In this document: piece after piece, positions 51,481-64,000 of the stretch | Layout of the letters: each line of letters opens with the position of its first letter | How positions within the stretch are numbered: the first letter of the stretch is position 1 | Assembly: GCF_006345805.1 (NCBI RefSeq) | Contig: NW_021825821.1 | Span: 558,001-622,000 of the forward strand | Reading direction: 5' to 3' | From: Octopus sinensis | Taxonomy: Eukaryota | DNA: 64,000 bases | Made by a program: the position numbers and the translations under genes | The notes under the pieces: model-generated | What the model saw: the letters and a program-made list of their open reading frames with translations, nothing else | What the model was told of the DNA's origin: nothing | Database searches by the model: none

Positions 51481-52463
51481 ATGGATAGTCTTGGAATTCT
51501 CTTTTCTTCACAACTTGAATTTTATAATAATTACATTAACAACTCCACAGAACTTGATGAAAATACTCCTTCAATGCAATCTATCAAAGTAACTCTTGTC
51601 AATCAAGACATGTGGGATCAATTTAAAATACATACAAACGAAATGATAGTCACAAAAAATGGAAGGTAGATTCAAAAAACTAAATTAAAGGAGAATTTTT
51701 CCTCCGATTTCTATAAAAATCGAATCTTGTAATCCAGAACAAATAATTTCTCTTGGTGTGGATGTCATACAAGTGGAGAGCTGTCGTTACAAATATACCC
51801 ATGAAGAAAAAGGATGGCAGAAAATCCAAACACCAGGAGATGATCCAATCAGAAATGACATTAACTGGCATCCAGAATCATCTGCCAAATTAGCTCATTG
51901 GGAGAAAAAAGTTATCAATTTTAATAAACTTAAACTCACTAACAGTCACCGTCGGAAACCAGGAATGGTTCGTAGTAAATATAAAAATTTAGATTTGTTT
52001 GAACTCTATGAGGATGTACTGTCTAAGAGTCCATGTTCTCTGCCATTCTACCGAAAGTCTATTATTTGGGTATAAAAGAATTCCTCTACTCAGTACACAA
52101 TTTATTGCTGTGACGGCTTATCAAAACCCCCAAGTAATGACCCCAACAAACACTTTTAGGTTGTGAAACTTAAAATTGAAAACAATCCATTTGCTCGAGG
52201 ATTCAAAAAGTTCAAAGAGAGGCGGTAATATATAATTTGACATTTACAGAAAATCAATCAAGACTGTCGATCAGTCAATCTCAGAACCAGTTAATGAAGA
52301 GCCCAATGTCACCAACTCCGTACTTGCTCAGAATATTACACAATTCTTGAATTTGATACAACAACAGCAATACATTTATTATCTAAACTGCTTAAATACT
52401 CAGGGGAATACCACAGAGGGAACTACACAAGAATATCAAAAAGATGAAAAAAATGATTTTTAG
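51481..52463 (+). CDS. T-box transcription factor, divergent, 5 exons
   Basis: MWDQF..NEMIVTKNGR|RIFP, RYKY, KLKLTN, LNSM, TQFIAVTAYQN, KIENNPFARGF; four 25-26 nt introns. Confidence 0.92.
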
Positions 52464-52927
52464 TTAATTCTAATTTAAAAGACAAATTTTCTTTTTTAAT
52501 AAGAGTTAGCGCTGTTCGAGAATTTGAATGACGAATTGGTAGATCTGGTCTACCAAAGTTCGTACTTGATTTATCTGAATGTTCGGTTGGGGTAATGTTG
52601 CAAATTGGTAATTTTGTTGAAGCAAAATTCCTGCATATACTCCTATTGAGAGTGTTATCTAAACTCATAAAAATAGACAACCAAAGTGCTAAACATGACA
52701 AATATATTATTATTGTATTTATTATATAATTATTAATATATTTTGTATTTTCTAACAACATACAAATAAAACTCAAAAAATCTTAACGCTACCATTAACA
52801 CATATCATTCTTATAACAAAAAGAACTAAATTTTGGACATTTTTTAACACGTGCTTAAAAGTCTATTTATTTAATAATTCATATTTTTAATGATATAATA
52901 TTTTTGTTTCTTAGCAACGTTTTTGAA

Positions 52928-54353
52928 ATGTCTTTGCATTTTCCAGAAATAAAGACTTCAGAAAAACAGACAAGTTATCAACTAAATTCATCTTGTTATG
53001 TTTGTGTTTCTGATCAAGCAAATGTCGAATTACAGGCTCCGATTTTGTTCAGTTTAAATAAAAAAACTCGCGACAATTTCTTAAACGAAAATGACATTTA
53101 CGAGTATATTAATAAAAACAACTCGAAGGTACCGAAATCCGAAAATCCAAACAACTCTGATAAAAATACTTGAAGGAGGATTTTGGAGGGCTTACTGCGA
53201 GTTATACATGTTGTGGATTTCTCATCAGGACGAACCGATTTTTGAAGACATTAAAGAACTAAATATAATAATGAAACATCTAATCAATGCAGAGAGTTCC
53301 TATGGATCAGGTTTTATAGCAAATGATATTTTGAGATAATCCAAGTCAGGAATATGAAGCATTTTACTGCTTGGCCTGCCATTTTAGGAGTTTAGGTCAT
53401 TTGGATTTTCAAAAGCATTTTTTCACGAAATCTCTTGAGTTAGCGAGATTGATGTCAAATAAAGAAAATATTTTGAGATGTCATTGCGACATTGGTTTGA
53501 CATTAAAAAATAAAAGTAATTGTAAAACCAAAAAGCAATTAGACGAATATGAATCAGCAATAAACGAATTTGAAATTGGATACGAGTTAATATCAAATGT
53601 AGAAGATTTTCAAGATAATTCAACATACAAAGAACTCTGTGAAAACATTGCAACAACTTGTTATGAAGTAGTTCAGAAATTAAGTCGCAGTGAAGAAAAT
53701 ATCGAAATTCGTCGTGACTATTTAAAAAAATCTGTTGATAAAGCAAAAGAAAGTAAATCTAAATATTCAGTTTTAGGCCAAAACACATCACTACATTCAT
53801 ATATGGTTTACAAGTTAGCCAAAACACTATTGGAGTGTTCCCAGCCAAAAGAAGCATTGTCTGTACACAATATTTGTTGATTGTTTTAGTTGTTAGAAGA
53901 AAATATTCAATATCGAGACAATATTCGAGATATTACGAGGATCAGCAAATGTTATGAAGCAATGTCAGAAGCTCACAAACAGTAGAAATAAATTGACTGA
54001 ATGGATAGATTGGACAATTTTGAGAAAAGTTTAGAATATTTAGAAATTTATACAGAATTGGCAAATCGAAGTAAAAACAACAAAGCAATTTCTAAAGCTT
54101 GTTACAAGTTGGGTATTGTATATAATGTGATGGTAAACAGTATGAATTATTAAACTAGGGTAAAAATAATAAGGCGATTGAATATCTTAATCAGGCATAT
54201 GAAGCTGCAAGAGTTATAAATGCTCCAAAGTTACTCCAGGAAATCAAAACATATTACGGAATAGCCTTGGGGAACAGTGTCCTCAGTAGGATATCAGAAA
54301 ATGTGACTAAATCCTCTCTTTTTCAATGGAAAAATACAAGAACATTTGGTTGA
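52928..54353 (+). CDS. TTC29: Tetratricopeptide repeat protein 29-like (ciliary TPR protein)
   Basis: ILEGGFWRAYCEL..LNIIMKHLINAE..FYCLACHF..HFFTKSLELA, several C-terminal TPRs (SKACYKLGIVYN); short introns. Confidence 0.65.
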
Positions 54354-55929
54354 ATATATATTTTCTACTAATAACTAATATTAAAATTCCTAATATAATA
54401 AATCAAATAAATTTATTTTTAACAAAGGCCCGTGAGAATCTCCCTCCCAAATTTCTATCGTTTTTTTGGAGTTTCTTCAACTAAGAGGCTCCGGACGCTT
54501 GGAAGACCGCAGAAGTAAGAATGATCAAACAACTTCGAAACTTATTAATTTGTGCCCGATCAGCTGATTGTCCACAATATCGCAACTTAAGGGAGAAATT
54601 GTGTTCGAAATCATCATCATTCTAAAAATGGGACTTTTCCAAGGTCACAGCTGCGGTGATTGTCCCCTAAACTTGCAATCGAAAAGTAGATTTTCAAAAA
54701 AACCTGTTCCTGCATATCTTGACATTTCTAAAACTGCGAATTGAGAGTACTTCTAACTAATCTTAGACATTCTGAATACATTTCTAATTACTAAGACAAA
54801 CACAAAGTTTACCTAATCATTGATTGTTAGACAATTTGTTGGCATCTAAAATCTAAAATTGACCTAAATTTGATTAAAATTACTCAAAAAGAATTTTTTA
54901 GAAATCTGAATTATAAAAAATCACAAAATTTGACGTTTTCCGGTTTAAAATTTCGGTGTTTTGCTAAAATTATATTAAGAATTGAAAACAAACTCTCTAC
55001 TGAACATGTAGTGCCCTGAAATTGGAGTAGTCGCAACTTTGTCAAAGACAACAAATTTCGATCTCCGTGAACAATTTTCAAAATTCATTCTTTTGTTCGA
55101 ATTCATTTTATTCGATTTAAGTATCAGTTATTTTTCCAATAAGAATATTTATAAATTTTTCTTAAGTGGTATCAATTTTATTTACAGTTAAAAAAATCTT
55201 CATTAACTAACAATTTTATTACCTCACTAACACGCCTTTCGGTGAAAATGTTGAAATTGTTTCAACATTGTAATTCGTAGGGTAACTCAAATCCAAAAGT
55301 ATTAAAAAATCTATTAAGGCAGGATTCCGTAGTTTATATATTGGAACATTTGCTGAAACAAATGTTTGATCCGAAACAACAGTAGTAGGAGGAAACGTTT
55401 GAATCCTCTTTTTTTAGGATGAATTCTAATACGTGAATATGTTTTTCTGTTTTTTCTACAAACCATTTTTACATCAATATCGCATAAATTATAATATAAA
55501 AATCCAACATGAGTAATTGAAGATTCATAGGGAAATAAATGAATAAGTCTCAAGGCTTTCGAATAGATAGATTTTTTCGTTTTAGGCATTACAACAAAAT
55601 TTAAATAATAGTCAGCGCTATCCAAACACTTTAAACACTAAAAAGTGTTTAAAGCGCTATCCAAAATTTGATCTTTATACTTTCAGAATAAAAATAAGCC
55701 CAAAATTAAAAAAATTACACGAAAATACAGAAATTTAAAAAGTTGACCAAAAACTTTTCAAATAAAAGTCCTTTTAAAACTTAGCGTATATTGTGCAGAA
55801 TTCCATTTACTTATCGTTTTCGATAAAATATTTCCGACAAGAATTAGAAATACTTTAGGAATTAAAAATTGTAACAAAAACAGATGGTGAAAAATAGATA
55901 TATTGATTTGTTTTGAATGATATATTGGC

Positions 55930-56150
55930 TTGTTTTCTGTCCGATTGTGGTCGAGACAACTGGAGGAATAAGTGGGAAATCGCTTCGCTTCCTAAAGAAG
56001 CTTGGACGCTTAGCCACATTAAAAAGCCACGACACACGTGAGACCCGGTGGCTTCTCCAGTTGATCTCCGTTGCTATCGTGAGAGGCAACGCAACGTCAA
56101 TTATGTTGGCGGGGTCCACTTCGGATAGATGGCTTTATTAGCTAATTAGT
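55930..56150 (+). mobile_element. CRE-like 3' fragment
   Basis: FCPIVVETTGGISG..RETRWLLQLISVAIVRGN. Confidence 0.8.
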
Positions 56151-56384
56151 TCCTTTTTTAACTGTTTTTGTTTAATTGAAAGATTTTTTGAATGAATGAA
56201 TTTAGATAAAATAATTTTTATAAAAATTAAAGAAAATTTCTATTAATCTAATTTTTAGTGAATATTTTTAATCCTCAATTTTTAAACAATACTTATTTGA
56301 TTATATGAATAAATATTATACAATAAAATTAATTTATAAATTCATACAATTGATTTTATTATATAATAAAACAGCTGATAAATC

Positions 56385-57384
56385 ATGTGGGCCGACGTTG
56401 TAATATCAAATGGATACTTTCTTGTGTCCTCACTCCTCGCCATAGTAATAGGGTCGAAGAAATCTGTTCAATCCCAATCGATAGAATGTGAAAATGTGAT
56501 TCTTAAAATATATTTTAATCAAGATTGACCTCAAGTCTGCAGTTAAGTTTCCATTTGTTGCGTCTCTTGGTCTAATGTCTATCTATTTCTTACTGAAAGT
56601 ACTCAACCATGCCTCAATAGTAGTACGTTCCCGCCTACATCATCAAAGAGGCCATGAAGTTGATGACCATAGTAATCTACTCTGTGGCCATTGGAAATTT
56701 CCTCAGGTACTCGTATCTTTGATTTTAGGCCATTTTTTACACGCTACACTACATGCAAAATAGCCCAAATTATGATTGTTTTTGGACTTTCTTTGTTTTT
56801 ACGTTATTTTGAGGTGCCTATTTTGGTCTGAATTTCCAGCATTGGATCACTGATAATTTAATAGCCCTTTCACTTGGGATAACTGCTATTCAACTACTCA
56901 GGGTCACTTCTACCGTGAATGGAGTGATCCTACTGACCGGGCTTCTCATTTATGATATTTTTTGGGTTTTTTATACCCCGGTTATGAAGACAGTGGCCAT
57001 TTCTTTAAATGCTCCAATAAAACGTGTCCGTTTTGTTTTATTTTAGTTATGGTTCCTCGAAATCTGTTTAGTTGTCCGACGGGAGAGGATTTTTCCTTCT
57101 CCATGCTTGGAATGGGGGATATTATTATTCCGGGGACATTTATAGCTTTTCTCTACCGATTTGATTGGAAAAATGGAATGAGGGTGTTTTTTCCTGCTGG
57201 ATTGGTTGGATATGGACTTGGATTGGTCACGGCAATGGGAGTCTCTAGTTTTACTAAAAACGCACAACCTGCACTGCTATATCTTACTCCCACGTGTCTG
57301 CTTTCGGCTTTTTTTGCTGCTTATTTCATGGAAAATTTCACTTATTTTTTTTGGTATAACGAAGAAGATTCTGCTGATGAATAA
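56385..57384 (+). CDS. HM13: Signal peptide peptidase (GxGD aspartyl protease), 6 exons
   Basis: HWITDN, LIYDIFWVF.TPVM, LNAPIKL..P, MLGMGDIIIPG, AQPALLYL; introns 23-28 nt. Confidence 0.85.
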
Positions 57385-57593
57385 TTTTTCTTTTTAAATA
57401 ATCGTTCTGAGATAATTTGGTTGATAGGAAATTTATAGTTAGAACTGGCGTTGATATTTTCATTAGGTGCAAGATATGAATTATAGGATAAATTTTTTAA
57501 ATGTTTGAAGACGTGGGAGATAAATTGGCAAATTTGTTGTGGTCCAGTCAAACTCACTACGTTTTTTTAAGACAAAGAGATCGAAAATAATTA

Positions 57594-58575
57594 TCACAAT
57601 CTAAAGCTACTGATGATCGAGAAGACGTTGCCCCTCAGGATCGCAATGGATATTCTTTGGAACAACCATTGCTTCTCCCGAGCCTCTCTCCGTCTTCTCG
57701 AGATCAAATTCCCGATTTTCCCGACGAGTTCGAACGATTTTTGGCTCATGACCCCGGAGGTTTCTACGGATATTGGGGAGAAGATGAAGTTGTCCAACAG
57801 GTTGGAATATTTCTGAACTTTATGTACCTCAGCCTTCTCAGCGGCTGAGCCTGGACTGATCGCGGAGTCAACTATATTGGTCTTTGAGAAGGTGTCTGTG
57901 CACGTGGAGTCCCACGCGAGGCATTTCCCATTACTCCACGGGAAAATGGTGACTTCATCTGGGCGTTTACCGTCTCCACGGTCAAACCCAACGGGTTCCA
58001 GTTCTGTCGGGAATCCAGCTGCTTGTAACGCAGCCGAAATAGTCTCGTTGATAGCGGAGTGTCTGGGAGCACGGCCAGCACTCCTTCTGCATGATAGGGG
58101 ATGTAGTCCTTTGGTATCGACTTTACTACCACATCGGCATTGGCCCCCCAAACAGACATTAAGTCCCAAGCGTATTGCTACGCCAATCCTCACACAGTCA
58201 TTATCGAGAAGGGTTCCAGATTGGGAGCAAGGGAGGGCATTAAGCCACGCCCCACTTTCAGGTCTGGCAGCGGCACCGAAACAAGCGAGGCGATGCTGAT
58301 CCAATGTAGGTCTGATTGCTTCCATTTTAGCTTTGTTGGAAATATCATCCCATTCCCATTGGCGTGAAATGTTAGATGGAATGGCCAATCCAGATCCCTT
58401 CCAGAATTCGCAAGCTCCAGAGAAAACCCGGTCCTCTTCCAATCCGCGAGAATTACGTAGGATTTGGGTGATGAGGGCTTGGGAGCTCGCACGTGAGGAG
58501 AGGAATGTAGGAAGAGCCATGTCCAGAGGTGAACGGAGTCCAACTCCGCCAAGGCGTAGAGGTAATTTGACATCT
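57594..58575 (-). mobile_element. 5'-truncated CRE-like RLE non-LTR element, 308-aa open frame
   Basis: GAWLNALP..LRLGL..RHSAIN..DGKRPD..WDSTCTDT..SVETSG..FQRISIAILRGN. Confidence 0.88.
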
Positions 58576-58624
58576 AATCGTTAAAATATCAAGGTCAAAA
58601 ATATTAGTTAATAAAAACACTCTT

Positions 58625-58845
58625 GCCTAACGACTTTCCCCTTCGAAAATGCAAGTCGCTCATCTGGGACGCAACTTGCACGGACACCTTCTCTGCCGGA
58701 AACATCTTTACGTCATCCGCAAAGCCGGGCTCCGCAGCTAACCTGGCCGAAACGCTAAAAATCAAGAAATACAGTGCATTATCTCACCGCCATATCTTTG
58801 CCCCGATCGCAGTGGAGACGTCGGGAGTCCTCGGTCCGAATCATT
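58625..58845 (+). mobile_element. CRE-like RLE fragment fused to the following R4-like fragment
   Basis: LIWDATCTDTF..KIKKYSAL..FAPIAVETSGVLGP. Confidence 0.8.
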
Positions 58846-60460
58846 TGCTATTTGTTGACGATCTAAAAATATTTGCTCTCAAACAAGACACTTTACTCAA
58901 AATGATGGAAGCTGTTAACGGATTTTTAAAATTGTTGGTTTGGAGATGAATTCAGAAAAATCAGCGTCTAATTTGGAATCGGAAGCAATGTTCTTAAGAA
59001 TAGAGTTATGGACTCTATCTTTGAGAATGTTAAGAAGAGGATAACTATGCTATCGAAACAAAACTCGACTCTGTGAATCTGTTTCGTGCTATAAATGAAT
59101 ATGCATTGTCACTATATAATTATTATATTGGGCTAATCAATATTGAACCTTCTGAATTTGATGATATTGGCAGACAAATACGGCAATTGCTTACGTCGCT
59201 CATATTACATCTCAAACCTGCAAATAAAGAGAGACTGTATTTAAACCGGAAGGCTCTTGAAAGAGGGCTTTCATCAGTTACTTTCAAAAGTGAACTAATG
59301 CTCTTCCAGTTCCTTACGAGTCTGGAAAATATGTCAACTATATGCTTACGGAGGGCGGGGATTCTGCGTGTAATTAAAATGAATAAATGGCATTTGGCTA
59401 TGATCGCAGGATTTCTATCCTCCAAATATGCCATTATTGATAAGAAGAGTATTACTATGGAGTCTCTAAAGTCCAGTCAGATACAATATTTACAAAAGAA
59501 AATTAGTTCGAAAGCACTACATTCTGTGCTTTTCAAATGTATGGATGAACCTAATGTTGATTTACCTGCATCCTCAGAATGGCTATCTAATGGAAATAAT
59601 GGACCACGAAGCGAAGCATTGTATTGTCTTTTGCAAGATCGAAACTTGTTCTTTGCATCCGCTGACTCATTATGCAATCATTGTAAGAAAAGCAAGAAAA
59701 CTGTTGACCACATGGCTACTCAGTGTGGTAAAATGCTTAACAGTGATTATCTCCGGAGACACAACGAAGTTGTGAAGTGTATCTTAACTTGTGCCGAATG
59801 TATGGACTCAAAAAAGCAAGAAGATTGAAGGGACATTCTGTTCAGTCAACGCTGTCGACGGGAAAAGTTGAAATCAGGGTTGATTCAACAATCCTCACCG
59901 AAACAAAAGTAGAATACAACAAGCCAGATATCTTTGTCCACGACAAAGTCAGAAACGAAATAAATCTAATTGAAGTGGGTATTACTTCACAGGATCGCTT
60001 CAAGCAAGTGGAGGTTGAAAAGTGTCACAAGTATGACCTATTGACAAGTGAGCTTTCGCTTCTGTATAGCTGTCAAGTAAAAATAATTCCTGTGGTTATG
60101 ACATGGGATGGAGTTGTCTCGAAATGCTTCAAAAATTATATGAAGAAAATATCTATTGAACCAGGAACGAGGACATAAATCCAATCCGTTGTACTGAAAA
60201 GAACGCTCGAGAGTATGATGATCGAACACAAGCATGGAATTAAGGTATCCGGTGAAGAATACGCTTCTGCTTCCAACCGGTATGTGGAGATGGCATGCAG
60301 AGATGAAGACGACCCAATGAATGCTAAAGAAGATGCAATAGTTGAATTAGATGTGGTAATGGGGAGTAAGAGGCAGCTGGAAGTAGGCTCTTCTTCCAAG
60401 AGAAGGAGAGTGGATATCAGAGAGCTGGAGTGAGATCTGCTTAGTTTCTGATTAACTATT
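58846..60460 (+). mobile_element. R4/Dong-like non-LTR 3' half, degenerate (second subfamily)
   Basis: NHLLFVDDLK, NLFRAINEYA, RHNEVV, YNKPDIFV, IEVGITSQD, EVEK..KYDLL. Confidence 0.88.
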
Positions 60461-60599
60461 AATTTATTATTGTTTTTAAAAGAAATTTTTTTATCTTAAA
60501 TTATTTTGAGTCTAGACGAGAAAAGAGTTAGTTACTAAAGCCAACTTCTCTATCATTTAAGAAATCAGCCGCTATTAGAAACAGTTATTACTTTTCAGA

Positions 60600-61440
60600 G
60601 GTAAATGTCGAAGGAAGGTCGAATATATGTATCGAATATGTATCGAATTACTTGTCAAGAAAGTTGACTCCTATATTTGCAAGAGAACCTAAAAATCGTT
60701 ATATTGCAGATTTTGTGGGATTAAGAAGGTATTCTAGTCTTAATGGCGATAATGGATGGCCATTTTTTCGAATAAATTCTAGTTGGTTGTTGTTATAGAC
60801 TCATTTTTAAAATCCTCAGCTGTAAAACCTGCCAAACGCAAATTCGAGGAGAAAATTACCAGAAAATTGAAAAATATTTTTTTGATAATTGCTTCCCCAT
60901 TTATCCTACAGACTGATGATGGGAAAGAATCTAAGAATAAATGTATGAAAATGATGTGCAATCATTTAAAAATCATACACAAAAGCTATAAAAAAAATTT
61001 TATCAAAAAATTGTTTATAAATATAACAAGGCAAAACATAAAACCATCAAGAGTCCACCATTTAACATTTTTATCGCTTTATAACGAAATCAACCGCAGG
61101 AAAATCAATCGAAAATAATTAAATCCGGTTATTTTTAAAACGAGGATGATTGTATAAATCAACAAACTGTATATAAAACCCATGTTCTCGCCGAAGAAAA
61201 ATTAAAAAGGAGGCGGGAAATGGGAATTTGATGAAGGTATAGCCGTAAGAGACAATGTGCTACTGAGACACGATATTTATGCAAATCCTAATAATCGTAA
61301 ATATCAATTGTATGATCAAATAGAACCAACGATATACCAAATGGTCGAAGTTAATAAAGATACATGCGTACTTTAAGATATGAATGACGATTTATTCAAA
61401 AATATACACAGAAGCCGTCTAAAAATGTGACTTTTAAAAA
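60600..61440 (+). mobile_element. Ginger-like integrase/transposase relic
   Basis: RYIADFV..VIDSF..ILQTDDGKE; C-terminal VRDNVLLRHD..IHRSRLK similar to 2380-2550. Confidence 0.6.
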
Positions 61441-61659
61441 ATTTTAAATGATAAAAATTCGTGAAGTTTTAATATTTGCTTTTAAATGAAAAACCAAAAA
61501 AATCTAGAATGTGATAAAATACGTCATTGATAGAGAAAAATTAGCAATTTTGCCGAATCTTGGTAAAATTCATTCAATCAAAAAATTAACAAAATAGAAT
61601 AAATTGGCTTAATTTACTATGTTTGTATTATATAAATTTTTGACCAGTTCAACAGAAAA

Positions 61660-61940
61660 GAGTTAAAATGCGCAGCGGATCGACTGGCAATTCCCGCGCA
61701 TGATGGCCAATGAGATCCTTTGAAAGAGTCTGATCGACTCGTTGGGATCTTTCGTGGCAACCACGAGCTTAGATCCAAGGCGGCGGAGAAACGATAGCGT
61801 CTGCGGGCCGATGACTCCAGAGGTTTCCACCGCGACTGCAGTGAATTGGTGATTCTTTGCCAGGACCCGGTACTTCTTCTGTTTTGTTAGTTCCGCCTGC
61901 TTTGCAACTGAGCCCGGTTCCGCAGCGGAGACAATTAGAT
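61660..61940 (-). mobile_element. CRE-like 3' fragment
   Basis: PGSVAKQAE..KKYRVL..AVAVETSGVIGP..LFQRISLAIMRGN. Confidence 0.8.
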
Positions 61941-62097
61941 TTACTATGTTGTTTTTAATTAATTATCAAATTATTTTTATTTGATTTTAATAATTTTTTA
62001 ATAGAGGATTATCAAACCCCTGACACATGTTATAAAACTTTATTATTAAAAAACATCTTTGATGAAGAAAAACCATGTTAGAACGAGGTGATTAATG

Positions 62098-62600
62098 TTA
62101 TTTTTTACTATTAGGTAAGTAATCAGAAGGTGGACGTATTGTGCTAAATGGATATACAAAATCATCGTTAGGGATTTTAAATTGTATTCTATCTGGCACA
62201 AACATTACATCAAAATTACGAACAAACTCTTCAGGGTATCTTTTCCTCATTCCATCAGTCATTGGGTTATTTTGAATTTTTGTATTTAAAAGTATTAAGA
62301 AAATTAATAATTTATCCATTTGATACCTTTTAGCAACAATAATCCTTTATCAATGCTCTATATAACAAAAACTTTTTGATTTAACCTTTTTATATTCGTT
62401 GCAGATTACTTAACAATATCCTAATCTATCCGATTATTATATTAGCACTTTTCCAACTATCCAACAATGATTATGAAGCAGTTTAGATTTTTCAAAGCAT
62501 CTTTGCCGGGAATCTGAATTTTTTCTTAAGATAAACTCAGTAAAATCTATAGTAGACAATAAACAATATATTTAAATTTCACTGTCCCGAACAACAAAGC
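62098..62600 (-). CDS. Possible multi-exon orphan gene, unresolved
   Basis: Open segments of coding-like composition separated by 23-28 nt GT..AG stretches; no recognisable domain. Confidence 0.25.
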
Positions 62601-62699
62601 TTGTACTTTTGTGTTGGATAGGACAAACTGTATAATCTTAATTTGTTAAATTTTATATTTAAAGTAGCACGCTTTTTTACACTTTTGTTTGATATCTAA

Positions 62700-63865
62700 G
62701 ATGTCTTCTCGCTCAAATAAGAAAAGTCGTCATTATCAAAACGAATATTGAAAATATGGCTTTATTCAAATTATTGAAGATACAAAATAGCCTTATTGTC
62801 TTATTTGTCAGTGTTCTTTTTCAAATGAGGCAATGAAACCATCACGATTAGAGGATCAGTTAAAACGCAAGCACCCGGATAAAATGTCAAAGCCGATTGA
62901 ATATTTTAAAACTTTAAAATACAATTTTGAAAATAAGAAAACGATCAAATCGCTATTCACAGAGGCAGTACATGATGTTTATTTAACATTTATTTATATG
63001 TTGTTGTGGGTGCGCAGATCGCTTCTTATAAAATTGCTGAAATTATTGCGAAAACTTCCAGTTCTCATACTATCGCAGAAAATGTAATAATTCCATCAGT
63101 GGAAGTAATAATATCGGATGTAATGCATCAAGATGCTTCTAAAATTATTAAAAGTCTACTACTACCTCTTAGCAATGATTCGATTTGTCGAAGAATTGAT
63201 GAAATGGGAGATAATGTAAAAAAAATTTTATTGACAAACTGAAGCGGAGTAAGTTTTTTTACAAAATGACGAAAGCGTCATTGTAGATAGTAAAGCTGTT
63301 TTAACGAGATTTGTGAGGTTATTTTCGAATTTTTAATAAAATTTAGGTATTTCGAGAATGAATGTGTATTAAATGAGGTTTTATTGTTTGTCGAATTATT
63401 GGAAACCCGTACAACTGGAATGCCAATATATTCCGTAGTAAAAGTGTTTTTTGAAACAAATTTTTATTTATTTATTTGTTAAAGACCAAAGACGGGTAAG
63501 CCAGTTAATTATAATAATCCCCGTGATCGCCGATCCAAACGAGGGAGATCCTAGTGAAAGGTTAGATCCTGCCCGCATGATCGGCCTGAGACGACGATAA
63601 CGAGAATTGGCCCCAGGATGAAAACTGCCTCCTTCGGAATCGAACTCACGACTGTCCAAATCCATTGTCCATAGCTTAGTTTTCAGCCAAGGGGGCATAT
63701 TATTTGAAAATTTGGTTTCCTGTGCGACTGATGGTGCTATGTCAATGGTTGGAAGATAGAAGAGATTTGTTTCTCTTCTTAAAAAAGATTATAAATGGGT
63801 CATTACGGTTCATTGTATTTTACATCGCCATTAACTGGTGTCGAAGATTTTATGTTATGATTTAC
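62700..63865 (+). mobile_element. Degenerate Buster-type hAT transposase relic
   Basis: MKPSRL..HPDK, IASYKIAE, LSNDSICRRID, FVR|YF (29-nt intron 63318-63346), CATDGA..MVG, HCILHR. Confidence 0.8.
63462..63696 (-). mobile_element. tRNA-derived SINE inserted in the hAT relic
   Basis: Minus strand begins GCCCCCTTGGCTGAAA (box A-like), has GAGTTCGATTCC (box B) about 50 nt later and ends in (TAAA)n; it splits FFETN from ILFENL. Confidence 0.65.
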
Positions 63866-63869
63866 ATCA

Positions 63870-64000
63870 ATCTTTAAACATTGGGTCTTCGGCCGCAAGT
63901 CGCTTTGTTTCCTTCGCGGTTTGGGGAGAAGAATCGCCAAAAGGAGGGACGACTGAGAGAGTCCTTTTAGCTTTTTCAACGCCTCTCCATTGCCGTAATC
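63870..64000 (+). mobile_element. CRE-like 3' fragment
   Basis: ..RES..LFQRLSIAVI at the window edge. Confidence 0.65.

Noticed and set aside
52423-52776. 117-aa minus-strand ORF
   Set aside because: Overlaps the T-box 3' end, low-complexity start, no recognisable family.
55314-55625. 103-aa minus-strand ORF
   Set aside because: Begins at TTG inside a repeat scar; no domain evidence.
60759-60782. Intron in the second Ginger relic
   Set aside because: Right size and ends in AG but lacks a GT donor, so it was not counted.

Overview
AT-rich eukaryotic nuclear DNA from a genome-reduced animal. Host genes (CPVL-like carboxypeptidase, UTP23, a PB1 protein, Polo-like kinase, DNAJC8, a RhoGAP, MRPS34, a Bcl-2 family gene, a T-box factor, TTC29-like, signal peptide peptidase and several orphans) are compact and split by ultra-short introns of about 23-30 nt, which the ORF track cannot join. 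T-box, Bcl-2 and a ciliary TPR gene together with ~25-nt introns point to a dicyemid-like mesozoan; this is inference only. Roughly half the window is nested or fragmented transposons: hAT (five copies), Ginger-like, pogo, Tc1-like, a Helitron with an internal satellite, R4/Dong-like and CRE-like RLE non-LTR elements, RTE- and Jockey-like LINEs, and a tRNA-derived SINE. The most striking pattern is that transposase genes of several unrelated DNA transposon families carry host-style 24-33 nt GT-AG introns, one at a position shared by two divergent hAT families, whereas a near-intact Buster-type hAT is intronless. An 8.2-kb hAT-bounded cassette carries two tandem R4-like retroelements. Many frameshifts fall in homopolymers and may be long-read consensus errors. 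All exon structures were derived by hand; coordinates of degenerate elements are approximate.
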